64,000 nt of DNA from positions 300,710-364,709 of the forward strand of contig LCIO01000001.1 of the NCBI GenBank assembly GCA_001001115.1, read 5' to 3'. This stretch comes from Candidatus Wolfebacteria bacterium GW2011_GWA1_44_24. Lineage in GTDB: Bacteria > Patescibacteriota > Minisyncoccia > UBA6257 > UBA9933. The position numbers were made by a program, and so were the translations under genes. Under the pieces are notes generated by a model, which was not told where the DNA came from, ran no database searches, and worked only from the letters and a program-made list of their open reading frames with translations. Below, piece by piece: positions 62,495 to 64,000 of this stretch (within the stretch, counting starts at the first letter, position 1; each line of letters starts with the position of its first letter).

Positions 62495-64000
62495 ATGAAG
62501 AAAAAAATCGGTAATGGATTAAAGCCGTTGGAAATGCTTGACCTGAGTAAATGTCAGACAGTCAGCGATATCGTCGATGGTATGTCGCGTTGCGCGTTTG
62601 GCGCGCGGATGTTGGGCGAAGTGGCAACGAAGCTGACAGATTGGTGCAGGGAGAGGGAACACCCGTTCATTATCTTTGACGGGAAAAGAGACACCTCGTT
62701 ATATAGATACCTTATTAAGGAGATGATGGGTTGCGGATTCCATAAGATCATCACTTCTCAAGAGTATAATGAGAGGTATAATGATCGTCGGTATTATGAT
62801 TACGGCGAGAGATGTGATATTCATCCGGCGCTGGTTGTCGGAATGTATTCTGAAAAACATGCCGACATGCTTTATGCGCGGCATAACGGCACCACGGTCT
62901 ACATCAATCAGTTTGACTTGGCAAAGCCGGGGCAAGTCAAGGACGGTTATTTCCCGGATGCGGTTTTTTCGGACCCGAGATTTATTATCCCGCTTCTGTG
63001 TTTCACTATCAGAGAGCGTTTGACGGGGAAAAAAGGGTCTGTAGCGGAGTTGATCGCGGTTTTACGGCAAGAGCAATTCGGTGGCTTGGCTGATCAAGTG
63101 GTTCATGGCGCTGATACTATGCTTGCCATGATGCAGGATCCGAAATGCTTTAGGTTTTTGACGCTTTCCGGCGCTATGACCATCGCGCAAATGTCGCTGG
63201 TGATTTGTGAAATGATTGAGCGGGGTATCGCTCAATCAATCACGGCTACGGGCGCGTTGATGGCGCATGGACTGATGCCAGGATTGGGGCTGAAACATTA
63301 CAAATACAATCCAGCAGATAACGATTTGAAATTGGCAAAGGCGGGGCTTAATCGAGTTACGGATACGTTGGAGCCGGAAACAAACTTTGACCACCTTGAT
63401 GAAGTTATGAATAAGGTATTGAATCAAATTTCCGGGGAGAAACCGATAAACCCGAGCGAGCTTCATAAAGGAATAGGACGGTATTTGAAAAAAACCTATC
63501 CTCAACAGCGCGCAATCATGAAGTCAGCTTTTGAGCATAAAGTTCCGGTTTTTGTTCCAGCATTTGTCGATTCAGAGCTGGGAAATGATGTGTTTGTCTC
63601 CAATATCGAGCGAAGGATAGTTGGAAAGTCTCCTATTGTTATGGATATGGAGATAGACTCGATGAAGTTGATGGATATCATGGCGGAGGCGGAACATCCG
63701 GCTATCATCTCAATCGGCGGCGGCGTTCCTCGCAACAATGTGCAAAATGTCGCGCCGCTTATGGAGATTTATAACAATCGCCTCGGGTCATTGTTTAAAA
63801 AACACCCCGAGCTGAAACGGCCAGTAAAGAAATTTCGTTACGGCTGTCGCATTTGTCCCGATAAGCCGCACATCGGCCATTTGTCGGGATGCACTTACCA
63901 GGAAAATATGTCTTGGCGCAAGATGGACCCAAACGGAATGTTTGCGGAAATTCAGGCTGACGCCACCATCGTTTGGCCATTCCTGATTAAATACATCATG
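62495..64000 (+). CDS. Deoxyhypusine synthase-like protein with a long N-terminal extension, C-terminus off window
   Basis: Own translation; not in the track. LTLSGAMTIAQMS, ITATGALMAHG, SIGGGVPRNN and ENMSWRKM resemble DHS-family motifs. SD aggagag 8 nt upstream. Confidence 0.75.
   Translation, partial: MKKKIGNGLKPLEMLDLSKCQTVSDIVDGMSRCAFGARMLGEVATKLTDWCREREHPFIIFDGKRDTSLYRYLIKEMMGCGFHKIITSQEYNERYNDRRYYDYGERCDIHPALVVGMYSEKHADMLYARHNGTTVYINQFDLAKPGQVKDGYFPDAVFSDPRFIIPLLCFTIRERLTGKKGSVAELIAVLRQEQFGGLADQVVHGADTMLAMMQDPKCFRFLTLSGAMTIAQMSLVICEMIERGIAQSITATGALMAHGLMPGLGLKHYKYNPADNDLKLAKAGLNRVTDTLEPETNFDHLDEVMNKVLNQISGEKPINPSELHKGIGRYLKKTYPQQRAIMKSAFEHKVPVFVPAFVDSELGNDVFVSNIERRIVGKSPIVMDMEIDSMKLMDIMAEAEHPAIISIGGGVPRNNVQNVAPLMEIYNNRLGSLFKKHPELKRPVKKFRYGCRICPDKPHIGHLSGCTYQENMSWRKMDPNGMFAEIQADATIVWPFLIKYIM

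Overview
Gene-dense, AT-rich bacterial chromosome segment. The gene style points to a Patescibacteria/CPR (Parcubacteria-like) genome: short housekeeping genes, T4SS-pilin-type proteins, many TM-anchored hypotheticals and no Shine-Dalgarno (SD) on core genes. That lineage call is inference only.

Backbone, in order:
- PBP1A (partial, my own translation), a small Zn-ribbon ORF, ruvC
- rpmH-rnpA-yidC-jag
- 5'-3' exonuclease, EamA, DsbA-like, glyA
- murE-like, M23 peptidase, ruvA
- rpsT
- pnp, NYN-domain protein, rpsO
- Xer recombinase, DksA-like, comM
- M23 peptidase, uvrD-like, rsmA
- an 11-gene T4SS-like envelope block (22756-33859)
- histidine kinase, mutM, pyrG, holA-like, gyrB
- secE-nusG-rplK
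- gatB, miaA, thrS, dnaE
- 2-hydroxyacid dehydrogenase, Clp-family ATPase
- PolX-PHP, Nudix
- rplT-rpmI-infC-ssrA-smpB
- argS
- a deoxyhypusine-synthase-like gene (partial, my own translation)

Main hunt results:
1. The T4SS-like block has no relaxase, VirD4 or VirB11. It carries a split VirB4 and a pilin fused to an M15-like peptidase.
2. Genes fall into two classes. Core genes lack an SD and often have a -10 hexamer 6-8 nt before the ATG (leaderless-like). Eight small intergenic cassettes carry strong AAGGAGG SDs, mostly their own terminators, and visibly higher G+C.
3. Two cassettes contain an in-frame TGA joining protein-like frames. The downstream Zn-ribbon frame at 9689-9901 has no start codon.
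4. A 67-bp direct repeat (63/67 identical, 883 bp apart) duplicates the argS promoter and first codons. It brackets a small island next to an HExxH peptidase.
5. Nine heptanucleotide-periodic tracts (4-5 units) sit in frame inside conserved genes. Four belong to a GTCAGAT family with a shared GTTT 3' flank.

All coordinates and motifs were read by eye. No database search was run.
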